Shown piece after piece: positions 22,359 to 34,189 of a stretch of DNA of 64,000 nt (position 1 is the stretch's first letter; each line of letters starts with the position of its first letter). The notes below the pieces were generated by a model. It was not told where the DNA came from and searched no databases. It saw only the letters and a list, made by a program, of their open reading frames with translations. The DNA comes from Neophaeotheca triangularis. Lineage: Eukaryota. Where the stretch lies: positions 434,001-498,000 of the forward strand of contig BAAIJX010000001.1 of the NCBI GenBank assembly GCA_054600435.1, read 5' to 3'. The translations under genes and the position numbers were made by a program.

Positions 22359-24349
22359 ATGGCGAGCGCCAACCACGCAGACATGGACATGGACATGGAC
22401 ATGGACATGGCTGTCCAGCGCATAGCCGCAAGCATCAATGAACAGCTACCCAGTGCCTTGCTCGAACTTCTGCGAAGTGGTGCCAATCTGGGATCCGGCC
22501 CTTTACGGCTCGAGTGTAGCTTGAGCGCTGGCGAAGGACTTGAGAACAACGATCTCAGACGGACGAGACTTGCATCTGTAGATATCCGCCAACCCGTCGC
22601 CAGCCAGCCAGATGTCACCACTCCGGACACCTTGGATAGCTTTTCCCACCCTACGCCCGAGGAAGCGGAACCAGCACACTCTCAATATGCCCCAACGCAG
22701 CAACGTACCTTTCGACCACGCATTGCGCCGCCGAGTCCGGTAGAGGAGTCTGACAACCGGCCATCGAAGCGGCGAAAGGCGACGGGAGGCTTGCGCGTGG
22801 GTGGCGTCCCGTCGTCCTCTCTCACAACGCAGAGCTCATCCAACCGAGTCACCCGCCACATGGAAAGCGACGTCAGAGTCTTTCCCCAACGCAAGAAGCG
22901 AAGCTCCGACAACCCAGCTCTACAGCCTTCGACATTGGAGAAATTCATCAATGGCGTGTGGCAAAACCTCTATTCCGGCGAGAAGATGGATCCGGCCCAA
23001 GTCATAGAGCAGTGGCAAGCTATCCAGGGGACCGGCCAGCCAAAACTACTTGCAGACACTGCTGGCGAGACTGAAATTGCCGCTCGGGACAGCAACACAG
23101 CAATATCCGGCATGTATACTCGCATCAATATTCTGACCCGGAAACTCAGTCAGACCAGCAAGACATGTAGATCGCTTGAAGTCATAGTGCAAGCTTACTG
23201 GGTGCAGTGTTTCGACGATAGAGTGACGGAGCTCAGCGCTAGTCTGACAAAAGACAAGGCCAAGAAAACTGCCATTGCAGAGGCTTGCGTCGACTTTAGC
23301 TGGTCAGAAAAGGAGTTGAGGAATAAAATGGGTATCTGGAGAGGGTATTTCGACATTTGCAATACGGGCGGATGGGCTGCGCTCGTGTTTGCCGGCCACG
23401 GTCTGTATCGCTTCTGCAAGTACCGCGCCGTGGCTTTTACAGAAGACACTTTCCAAACGCTCAAGAATCTACGTCCACGCTTCGAAGTGGCAGCGGATAC
23501 TCTCCACCCCAACTGGCGACACCTTACCAGCATAGTCGGCGCCTCGACCGAACGCAAATACCCGGGACACCCACACGACTGGGTAGTAGCAGGCCCCAAC
23601 AACGAGCCCGTCCCCCTCCACTCGACCTACACTCACGACCCAGACTTCAGCTACACGCACCTAGACGGCTCAGTCGTCGACGAAGAAGCTTGGGGGCTCT
23701 TCGACCCGCGCGTCATCTACCCAGCCGACACGGCCGAAAGCCACAAATGCCTCGAGTGCCACGAGCGGCAATCCGAAGACGTCTGCGACAACGCCTGCGC
23801 CTGCTTCCCCAACCTCTACGGCGCGAACCGGCACTCGGCCGTCCCCGTGCAAGTCTTCCGCACGCCCAAGGGCTGCAACAACGGGCTGGTGGCCTGCTGT
23901 GCTTTCGAGCGCGGCACGGCCGTGGGTGAGTTTGTCGGGCAAATCACATCCGGGCTGGCGGGGTTGGACGTCATGGTCGGCCAGACGGACAAGGCGGCGT
24001 ACCAGATTTGGCAGGGCAAGCAGGGCAATCACACGCGTTTTGTCAATCATTCGTGTCAGCCCAACAGTCAGTTTGAGCGGTTTGTTTGGCTGGGGACGCA
24101 GAGGATCGTGTTGGTTTCAAAGGGCATCGAGGCCGGTGAGGAGGTGACGGTCGATTATTCCGATACTTATTGGAAGGTGAGTGGAGTTTTTGCCATTGTT
24201 GCTTGGATCAAGCAGTCGAAGGGTCGGCGTAGCAAGATTGCTGACGTCCATTTTTGTTGTAGAACCTCGACAAGGTCTGCCAGTGTGGCTCGAAGAATTG
24301 TCGATACTGGAGCAGGGCCCGTATCCTTACGCCTCCGGAGTCGATGTAG
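22359..24349 (+). CDS. SET-domain (putative lysine methyltransferase) protein; exons 22359-24176, 24263-24349
   Basis: GEFVG, TRFVNHSCQPN and GEEVTVDYSDTYW. Intron GTGAGT(24177)..TAG(24262) adds the post-SET motif CQCGSKNC. (GACATG)5 at 22380-22409 encodes DMDMDMDMDM. Confidence 0.9.
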
Positions 24350-25108
24350 AGGTAAACTTTTTTACGAAATAAATAGGATGGATTCACGACGCTGAACAGT
24401 CTACCTTGTATCAGCAAGCGATGTGAAGAAGATGGTCACGATGCAACTAGCCAAGGTATCACCGTTGTTCTTTCAAACGCTTATGTTTGTTGATTAATAG
24501 AATTGATTGATATTAGTAGGTCGAGTTATTGGTCTTGTTAAGCCGCATTCAAGCGGGATCCGACATTTACCTCGGCCGAGCATATAAAAGAAGGGTAAGG
24601 CAAGCTAATAAGGTACTATGTACATATGTAGGTACATATAGCTCATCAGGTCAGGTACAGCTTTGTATATAATAAGTTGTTAACTACGTACCAATTAGTA
24701 TAGACTTTAGCATAGATACGTTACCAGTACTGACTGCTACTCTACATCACCCTACCTGTACTACTAGTCTTATCATTCTTGCTATCTTATCTTTACAGTA
24801 CAGTAGTACCCAGGTAAGCTTGTCTTTCTGTCTCGTTGCCTGCCCTGCTTGCCCTGCCTCGCCTGCCTGCTTGCTTCCATCCTCCCCCACCGCCACTTGT
24901 ATACAGTCTGCTGTAACCTTGGCATCTTTGACTTTCTAATAAACAACAACATCATCAACAACGACAGGCCTTCTCCAACTCTCACCCAGTACCCTTCTTC
25001 CTCACCTCACTCACGATTCTCATCCAAGACTCCCAGGATACCAACATACTCACACCATCCGAACAGCTCCCAACCACCACAGCCATCACAACCACAGCAC
25101 CACCAGCC

Positions 25109-27016
25109 ATGGGCTCACTATCAGATACCATCCCCCTCGGCCGTTTCCTCTGGGAGAGAATCCATCAGGTCGGCGTCAACCGCATTTTCGGCGTGCCTGG
25201 AGACTTCAACCTGACGCTGCTGGATCATGTCTACGACGTCGACGGTCTGGAGTGGGTGGGCAACACCAACGAGCTCAATGCCGCTTATGCCGCCGACGGG
25301 TATGCGAGAGTCAAGGATGGGGCCGGGTGTCTGGTCACGACGCATGGTGTTGGGTGAGTTTGTTGGCGTCGCTTAGTCGCTTGATGTTTGGGCTTTGAGC
25401 TGACGGTCGGTTTTGCAGTGAATTGTCGGCAATGAACGGTGTGGCGGGTGCCATGACTGAGCAGGTCAAGCTTATTCACGTTGTAGGCCAGACTTCTAGG
25501 AAGATGCAGGAGCACAAGATGATGATACATCATTCGATTGGTTCGTTTTTCGTCCACCATGGCGTCGCTTTCTAAGTCTAACCAACTCTTAGGATCCCAA
25601 CCTGATCACCAGATGTTCAACAAAGCTTCTCAAGCCTTTCGAGTAGCGGCTGCCGAGATTATGGACGAGAAGAAGGCACCCGCGGAGATTGATCGTGTTA
25701 TTCGCGAGTGTTTCGTCAAGTCGTGCCCCGTGTACATCTTTCTACCAACAGATCTAGTAGACGTGCCAGTACCTCGCAGCGCACTCGACACTCCCCTGAA
25801 CCTGGACCCAGAAGCCGATGAACAAAGCATCAAAGCCGCAGTCGAAGCAGTTCTAGAACGCCTATACTCTGCGAAGAATCCAGTCGTATTCGTCGACTGC
25901 CTCACAGAACGCCACAATGCAGTGGCCGAACTCAAAGCTCTCCTAGACAAGCTCCAACTACCCATCTACACCTCCAACATGGGCAAGGGCATCATCGACG
26001 AGAACCACCCCCTCTACGTCAGCGTCTACAACGGCTCAATCTCTGCCCCTGGCGTTTCTACCAACTTCGAAAACAGCGACCTCCCCATCATCATTGGCGA
26101 ACTCCCCTCCGACACCAACTCGGGCGGTTTTACCCGCGAAACCCCCAAAAGCAAATGCATTTTCATAGATCCCGCGGCAGTCAAACTTCCCGACGCCTCC
26201 AAGACCTTTTCCCAAACCCCCATCAAACGAGTCCTCACCACCCTCACCAAAACACTCGACCCTTCCCGCCTGCCCTCCAACCCCGTTCCCACCCTCCCTT
26301 CCCGCCACATCGAAGACGACTACGACTCCCCACAAATCGTCCAATCCTACATCTGGCACCGCCTAGCCCGATTCCTCCGCCCCCACGACATCATCTTTGG
26401 CGAAACCGGCACCGCCGCCTTCGGCCTCCCAGACGCAATCTTCCCCCCCTCCACCAAATGGATCACCCAAACCTACTACGGCTCAATCGGATACGCCACA
26501 CCGGCAGCATTTGGCGCCGAAGCCGCCTTGCGCGAACTCACAGCCACGGCCACCCACCCCCGCGCCCAGTCCGGCGGCCGCACAATCCTCGTGACCGGCG
26601 ACGGCAGCCTGATGCTCACGGTGCAAGAAATCGGCAACATGGTGAAACAGCAGCAAAAAGGCATCGTCATAGTAATCAACAACGCCGGCTACACCATCGA
26701 GCGCGTCATCCACGGTGCGCGACAGAGCTACAACGACATCGTCCCCTTCGATTACAGCAAAATGTTGCAATTCTTCAACATGCCCGAGGACTTGGCCAAG
26801 GAGGCTTTCCACCGCGCTACCACGAGGGCGGAGCTGGATGACGTTCTCGAGAGGGAGAGTCTGCGGAATCCGCAGTGTTTGCAGGTTGTCGAGGTGGTGA
26901 TGGATATGATGGATGTGCCTTGGCGGTTGAGCAGTCAGATTGCCACGAGGGGGCCTGAGGCGGTCAAGGAGATGAAGGAGGCGGGGTTTAAGGTCCGGGA
27001 GATGCAGAAGTTGTGA
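25109..27016 (+). CDS. PDC: ThDP-dependent 2-oxoacid decarboxylase (pyruvate decarboxylase family, Aro10-like); exons 25109-25353, 25419-25540, 25593-27016
   Basis: FGVPGDFNL, NELNAAYAADGYAR, GVGELSA and the ThDP motif GDGSLMLTVQEIG..INNAGYTIER. Confidence 0.93.
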
Positions 27017-27285
27017 CCTCTCAAGGGAAGCTGAGCTTTTTTTTTCCAAGTCCCGGTGAGAGTGGGTGGGTTTGGGGGAAAAGGGGTATGTATATTGCAT
27101 GAATAGACGACTATGACACATATACGCGGATTTTATGATTGCGGGATACCTCGACTGGTTTGTATTCTCTTCAGTGTAAGTAGCTAGCTAGCTCACTTGT
27201 ATACAGACTCGCGAACGAAAAGATGAAGGTTTTCTTTAACCCGACCACTTCGACCATTCACCATCCCTACCAAGTCCCCGACCAT

Positions 27286-28989
27286 TCAATCCATAAACTT
27301 CTTCAACCCCCTCAATCTCTCCTTGGCCCTCTCCAAAACCTCATCGTCTTTGCAAACGGCAAACCGCAACCAATCCTCGACGATGTGGGCATTCTTATCG
27401 GTGAAGAATTCCGTCGGCGGAATGGCCGCGACGCCCAACTCGACAATGCAGAACCAGCAGAGTTTGAAGTCGCGCGGGCGGTTGGCGACTTGGGGCGGGA
27501 AATTGTAGTCGGTCGGCAGTTTTACCTTTGATAGGTTGACGAGGACGAAGTAGCCGCCTTCTGGGTCGGAGTACTGGATTTCGCATTGCTCCTGTTAGCT
27601 TGGTGTTTCTTTCAAGGTATGCGGAGGGGGAAAAAGAATGGTATAGGACTCACCGGCACGCCCAACTCGTCCCAGATTTCGTTGAATTTGTCCACTTTGG
27701 CTTTCATTTCGCGCTTACTCTTTTCCCAGAAGTCGTGCGCGTCGGCCTGCTCGAAAGCCACTGCCGTCGCCTCTTGCAGCGGGCTGACACTGCTGTAGCA
27801 GATACGCGTGTGCGCGGCGCTGACGTACTTGATTAGGTGCTCAGGTCCAATGAGGTAGCCGACTCTCCAGCCCGTGCAGTAGAAGTTTTTCCCGCCGGAC
27901 CCGACTGTCAGCGTCAAGTTGCCAATCTCAGGCGACAGGGTGGCGACGCGCGTGAAGGGCGAGTAGTAAAGACTGTCGTAGACTTCGTCGGAGAGGATGA
28001 TGATGTTATTGCGCACGCACAAGTCGCCGATGGCTTGCAGTTCGGCGCGGGTGAAAACTTTGCCGACGGGGTTGTGCGGACTGTTGAGCACGAGCATGCG
28101 CGTTTTGGGCGTGATGGCCGCTTCGAGCTCGCGCATGTCGAGGCTCCATTCGCCCGCCGAGGTGGTTTGCGTGGCGCCGTTGGCGGGTGGGTGCAGCGGG
28201 ACGTAGACGACTTTGCCACCGGGCATTTCGATGTTGGAGATGTATTGGTCAAAGTAGGGCTCGAAGACGATGACCTCGTCTGGGAACGTGTCAGTTAGCA
28301 AAAGAAGGTCAGGACATAACAGGAAGAGCATCGTAACGTACCACCGGGTTCAAGGAATCCCATAAAAGCCGAGAGCATGCCTTCGTTGGCGCCCGTGGTG
28401 ATTGTAACTTCCTTATCGGGATCTAGAGCACGACCGAAAGACTTGGAGTAGGCGTCCGCGATAGCCTTCTTCAGCCGTGGGCGACCCTACTGGGGGCATT
28501 TAGTATGAGTCGTCTCGTGTACGAGGGCATATCTCATCAACTCCGCACCTTGGTGGGCGAGTACTGATTACACTCGACCCTACTCAGCGCATCTCTTGCG
28601 GCATCCAGCACGAACTCTGGCGGGTTGTAGCCGAAGAAGCCCTGGCCCATGTTGACAATGGGCTGGACGGGGGAGGCTTGGGCGCCTTCGTTGACGATTG
28701 TCCTGCCAGGTCGCGTATTGTCAGACTGAGAAGTTCATGCTCTTCTATCTTCACTTGTTGCCTGTACGACATACCACACATCCTGCCGCTGTCCGGCGAC
28801 TCTCGCGGCCGGTTTGAAGGGGTCTCCAATCATGGCCGAAGCGCTGAAATATCTCAATGCGGGCGTGGTTGGATCGCGGGAGGTGGTCGGGTTGGATTGG
28901 AGTGGTAAGAAGGTTGTACGGGTGGCTTGCTGGCTGAAGAGGTTCCTGGTCGTTGAAGAAAAGGTGGTCAAGTGTCTCAATGGCTTCAT
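27286..28989 (-). CDS. BNA3: Kynurenine aminotransferase / class I PLP aminotransferase (multi-exon; second in-frame ATG at 28833)
   Basis: FKPAARVAGQRQDVW, IVNMGQGFFGYNPP, FEPYFDQY, NSPHNPVGK, SDEVY and SGGKNFYCTGWRVG (PLP lysine). Ends ..RGLKKFMD-TGA. Confidence 0.92.
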
Positions 28990-29689
28990 GCTTGTTTCTC
29001 GCCTTACGCCGAACTCGACGTTTGTTTCATGGCTGATGCTGACTCCATGACTCCATCGTCGACTTGTGCCACTTCCCCAGATTGTTGCGTAGCAGTCCGT
29101 CCCGCCGCCGATGTCGGGGGCTTCTTCGCCCGTTCTGTATGCCCCTCCATGAGTGTGAGAGCACAGTACTACCTTAGGTAGGTATTGAGTACTTATTAAA
29201 ACCGAACCATTGATTTTTAAGGCAAACGATGGAACACATTCGAAAGTAGACCTAGCCAAGCATCCACTTAATTTCTTCACCGATATGTACAGCATATACA
29301 GCTCCATACTCGGGCTTCCACGTCCAACTTTCTGTCCAGTATCAAACGCTTGAATGCTCCAATGAACGACCCAATACGCAATAACCCCCAGCAAAGCAAT
29401 CTCAGAAGAAAGAAAGGAAAAAAGAAGAAGAAAGAAGGGAGACAAGGGGGTATGCAATACTGTCTCTGCGTGTGCGTGTGGTGCCAAAAAAGAGCAACAC
29501 TCCCACCATCAATCTTCCAAAACGCGCTTAAACTCCCTTCGCTGATGCATGCATGCAACCAACCAACACTCGCAGCCGCAAATCGACGCCAAGCGCGCTG
29601 TCTCGCGCCTGTCTTCCACTCGACTCCCGGCCAATGTTTCTCGAGCCGTCCCAAGTCGAAGTTCCAACCCCCAATGCTCTTGTCCCCTC

Positions 29690-31309
29690 TCAAGTCCACC
29701 CCAATGTCCCCAATAACCTCACAACTTCCGCCTCCTTCAGCCCGTTCATCCCCAAAGCCCTCACCTGACTGCCCTTCTTCAGCCTCCCAAGCCCAAGCGC
29801 AACCTTCCAGGCCTCACCCTCCTCAAGCACAAAGGTGTACCGCTTGTTCTCCGCATCGCGCACACTCGCACGAAGGATGTGCAACATGCGATTCCCAACC
29901 TTGGCCTTGCCGTCCTCTACAAGTTTTAGCGTCCAAGCCTTCACGTCCCATTCGCGCTGCGGCACGCCTCGCACGTCGTCGTCGATGAAGAGGCCCTCGG
30001 TCTTGACGCGTAGGATCAGGCCGTCGGTGACGCTGCCTTGATTGGAGAGGAGCGAGGCGATGGGTTTACCCGGGAAGCTGTCGGAAAAGAGATAGACGGC
30101 TTTGATGATGATTTTGTCCTCGTCTGTGGTGGTGTAGGGTCCACGTTGGGAAGGGGGTGGGGTTGTGCGCGCCGTCGTTGCTGAGGGAGCGTAGGAGCTT
30201 TCGCTCAGGCCGGAGATGGAGGAGGCCGAAGATTTGAAGGCCGGGCGGGATGCGGGTTTGCTGCTGGCGGCTGGACGGTCGTAAGGTCGGTAAGAGTGGG
30301 CTTCGTGATCTTCGGTGCCGGCGGCCGATTTGGCTGTAGGGCGTTGATAGGTCGCAGAGATGTTGGACTTGGTTGCTGTGGAGCGTGCAGCCTTTTCTTT
30401 TTCGGCCTTTTCTCTTGCTTCGCGGTCGCGCGAGTCCTTTTCTCGTTGCTCCTTTTCTCGTGCCAGCCGGTCGCGTGCTATGCGTTCTCGGGCCTCGCGT
30501 TCTCTTTGTTCCTTCTCTCGGGCTCGTGCTTGCTCCCATTTCTCCTTTTCCGCTTTGGCTTTTGCCGCCTTTTCCGCTTCTTCTCGCAATTTCTGCGCTT
30601 CTTCGCGTTTCTTTTGCAACTCCGCAGCTCTCTTCCGTTCTTCTTCCCGCCGTCGCGTTTCCTCTCTTGCCTTCTCCCACCCTGTTTGTGCACCTGCTGT
30701 GGGTTTCGGTTTCGGAGGCGATTCGGGCGGAGGTGGCCGCGGAGTTGACTGCGGCGGCGGCTCTGATCGCGGCGGTGGCGGAGGAGGTGGAGGCGACGAT
30801 CCCCATGCACTCCCGTGCGGAGGCGGGGCATGGCCATTGGTATGAGGCGGTGGCTCAAACCCAGTCGATCTCGGCGGAGGCGCATAACCATTTGGTCCCG
30901 ATTGTGGAGGTGTAGAGCTGCCTTTCTGGTGCGCATATGTCCCACCGCCGCCTCCAGATCCCGACCATCCACCACTCTCTCCCTGTGTCTTGCCAAATGC
31001 CCAGCCCGCGACTCCCACTCCCATCACAAGCAGCACCACGCCAACCCCCCCACTTGCCACGAGCGTCGCCGTCCATTGCTTCAGTACAGGCATGGCCAGC
31101 GTCCATACTCCCACTGCCAACAACGTGCATGCGACCCCAGCTAGAAAGCTATTCCTCTGTACTTGCAACGAAGGCAAGTACAGAAACCCCGACCCGGCCG
31201 AATGCGGTGGTATGATAAAGATGTCGTAATTGCCGTCGGGCAGGCCTCCCGAAGGTCGCGGTGCCGATCCATGAGGGGGAGGTGGTGGAGGCGGACCGTC
31301 CGAGGCCAT
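29690..31309 (-). CDS. Conserved fungal membrane protein (2 TM segments, Pro-rich region, charged coiled coil, C-terminal globular domain), 539 aa
   Basis: Intronless ORF with GNYDIFIIPPHSAGSGFLYLPSL, two hydrophobic segments and C-terminal GLILRVKTEGLFIDDDVRGVPQREWDVKAWTLKLVE. Confidence 0.85.
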   Translation of the reverse strand: MASDGPPPPPPPHGSAPRPSGGLPDGNYDIFIIPPHSAGSGFLYLPSLQVQRNSFLAGVACTLLAVGVWTLAMPVLKQWTATLVASGGVGVVLLVMGVGVAGWAFGKTQGESGGWSGSGGGGGTYAHQKGSSTPPQSGPNGYAPPPRSTGFEPPPHTNGHAPPPHGSAWGSSPPPPPPPPRSEPPPQSTPRPPPPESPPKPKPTAGAQTGWEKAREETRRREEERKRAAELQKKREEAQKLREEAEKAAKAKAEKEKWEQARAREKEQREREARERIARDRLAREKEQREKDSRDREAREKAEKEKAARSTATKSNISATYQRPTAKSAAGTEDHEAHSYRPYDRPAASSKPASRPAFKSSASSISGLSESSYAPSATTARTTPPPSQRGPYTTTDEDKIIIKAVYLFSDSFPGKPIASLLSNQGSVTDGLILRVKTEGLFIDDDVRGVPQREWDVKAWTLKLVEDGKAKVGNRMLHILRASVRDAENKRYTFVLEEGEAWKVALGLGRLKKGSQVRALGMNGLKEAEVVRLLGTLGWT

Positions 31310-32785
31310 GCTACTCTACAGAGCGCGCAGGCTCGAACGTTGGTGTGGGTTTTACTCCCTACTAAGAGAAGTTTGTGGTTAGGCGCGATTGCGGTTGTGG
31401 GAAGTATCGAAAATTTCTACACTCGGTTTGCGACGTCGTAACGAATGCATCCGTGCAGTGGGGTGAATGTCGTCGCCGGCCTATCTTGTGAAGCTGCGAC
31501 TCGAGCTATGATTGCGGCTTCCCCTTGATCCTTTCGACGGCTTGTTGTTGTTATCTTGTTGATACCGACTCGAGTCGCTTTCGGTGTGCGCGAGGCAGGA
31601 TGATTGCGCGACTATGGTGCGATTGATGCTGCTGTTATCGGGCGTGTGGGTCGTGAGAGGGCAGTGGTGCCAGAGCAAAAGCAGGAGCAAGAATATGCAG
31701 GTGTATGGCAGGGAGTGGCAGCAGATTTAGAGTTCGGAATGTTTACGGTGCAGAAAGTTTAGTCAGCCCTGGAGGTCGCTTCGGTGGTTCACGCTGACGG
31801 CACGTCTCGGGCCGAGAGCAACAACGTGGAGCTGCAGGGATGAGCTTCCGTCAATCAGCGGAAAACATCACAACACTCGGCTTTTGTCTGCAACGGACCG
31901 CTCCATGGATGAATTCCAACGGTGTTGGTGCACCTTGAACGGCGATGATACAATTTGGACAAATGGACGCCTGGTATCCACTGGAAAGGGGAGGGGGGAG
32001 GTCATCTGATGAGAACAACAACATCAACGACGTCGCTAGCCACGGCAACAGGTAGCAGCATAGCTACGACGAATGGGAGCCGGCTCCGCGTAAAACTTTG
32101 TCGCATTGGCTCTTGGACAACAGCGCGCTACAGCACAATCTGCATCCTCGCCATTCGCGCCATTCGTTCTTGACGGCAGTCTTATGCACACCAGCTGCAA
32201 ACGCATTCGTGTCCCTTTCTTCACCGCTGCTGCGTTGGCAAACTCTTTCAAGCAGACAGCACATCGCCGAGCCTCGGCCGCGCTGGCGAAGAAGACAACA
32301 ATGATGCTTGCGCTGTTGGCTGGGCAACAAGGATTCGATGCTGTCTTCGAGAAGAACGTTATGCTTCGATGAAACTGCCTTGTCGGCTGGATAGGATCTA
32401 TTCTCAAGACACTACTCAATACCATTGCTACGCATACGGCATCACCATCATGGACACCTCAGGCTTTGATGGCCGCCTGTCCACCGAGCATGCGGCTCCG
32501 CAGGTAGGACCACTTTTCAATGACAGCCGTTAAACGTCATCGCAACAGCTTCATTTTCGCACCTGTAGGTTGAAGGGGTTGGCAGAGGGAAAATGGAAAA
32601 GGTCTGTTCTTGAGGCTTTTCCCTACCCAGCACTACATTTCGCTATCCTATGTTAGCCTCACGTCAACTCATAACTACCTTACTTACATGTTAAGCTGAA
32701 CTTGACGCGTGAATCCACCTGCAACCTCCATTGCCTTTCAATCGAATCTTCAAAGCCTCCTCGAGAACAGTCGCAACCCACAATA

Positions 32786-33478
32786 ATGTCAGACTCAACG
32801 ATGCCTCCAGCTCAACAAGCCAATGAACAGAAACAACCCGCTCAAGAAGAGCTAGTCTCCCAACGTGATATCGAGCACCACTACTGGCCACCAACGAACG
32901 ACTCTGACGACACAGAACGTCCCCAACACGGGGGAACCCTCCATGACTCCGCCACACATCCAGGCCAACTAACCCACATAATACTCTACAACAACGCCAA
33001 CCCTCGCTGGTCCGCCGACAAAATCATCTACACGAAATCCGGCCTGGAACTCCTCCCTAAACCCGCCACGGGCGAAGGTCTCGTTAACCCCGGCCCCAAC
33101 ATCAACCCCGTCACAAACGAAACCCAACAACCCCCTTCCTCAGACCCTTCCGGCCCTGTCGCCATTTTCGAACAAAAGCTCCAAACCCGAGACCTCCACA
33201 CTCGCGCTTACCAATTCGTCGGCTACTACAACATCACCCGCGTCGCGTTCCTGGAACCTGGGAGCCAAGAGCTCGTGCGCATGCTCGAGCAGAAGTGGGA
33301 GCGCAGGGATAAATTTGGGAACGTGCGGACTGCGCAGCGCGATGGCGATAAGTGGAGAGAGAGTATGGGGTTTAGATGGGCGGTCGTGAAGTTGGAGCCT
33401 GCTGAAGAGGGAGCGACGGAGCCGCCGAGGGTTGAAAGGGTAGAGAGGGAGGGGGATGTCCCCACCACGACCAGCTAA
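32786..33478 (+). CDS. Conserved fungal hypothetical protein (about 230 aa)
   Basis: First ATG of the 32702 ORF. Globular-looking sequence (LTHIILYNNANPRW..IYTKS; FVGYYNITRVAFLEPGSQELVRMLEQKW; WRESMGFRWAVVKL) with coding codon bias. Confidence 0.8.
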   Translation: MSDSTMPPAQQANEQKQPAQEELVSQRDIEHHYWPPTNDSDDTERPQHGGTLHDSATHPGQLTHIILYNNANPRWSADKIIYTKSGLELLPKPATGEGLVNPGPNINPVTNETQQPPSSDPSGPVAIFEQKLQTRDLHTRAYQFVGYYNITRVAFLEPGSQELVRMLEQKWERRDKFGNVRTAQRDGDKWRESMGFRWAVVKLEPAEEGATEPPRVERVEREGDVPTTTS

Positions 33479-34189
33479 TTTCTATTGCACTGGAAAGGTT
33501 AATTGTGTTTCAATATTGGATGGATTTTCTCAAGGATCTTAGGACAGCTACGAGTCAGTAACTTGACTGTCCATGGAGTGCGGAATGATCGCCGTGTCTG
33601 TCCGACGACCGTGTCGAGTAGCATAGAACATGTTGCTGGACCAGCTTTGGCGTACGTGTGCGCGTAAACTTATGGAGAAGTCGACGCGTTGTTAGGCTTG
33701 AGTCCGATATCGGCGAACGGCTGTGTTTGGACATCGATGTCGACGTTGACGACCACTCCTTGAGAGCCTCTCAAAGCTGCGAATACATCAATCTCCTGGA
33801 GCTTGCACAAATGGAGCGAATGCTGTGCGAGTGAGCCATGTCAAGCGCATTCGACCGAGGTATATGCGGTTACGACGTGAGATGATTGCCTCAAAGCCCT
33901 CATGAACCACGCATCCTTTCCGCAGTATGACGTTGAAGCATTGCAGCTGACTGAGAGCTTCGTGCTACCTCCATGGGTATGTTACCTCAGAACGAAGGCC
34001 TGCAGCACAAGGCACACCTCGCGTCTTCGTTCAATGTCCAGACTCCTGCCACGTCTTTTCCATTACAATTACGCAAAGCCACATCATCCAATCTCTTTCT
34101 CCGGTAGAAACCTTTCTAAAAGCAGCTGCTCTGCCAATAGATCAATATCCATACCCCTCCTATCCCAATCCTTCATCACAACTACCAAA

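Noticed and set aside
31840..31940. ATG start reading MSFRQSAENI, reminiscent of CVNH lectin N-termini
   Set aside because: The frame stops after about 32 codons, and no other CVNH motif appears in any frame.
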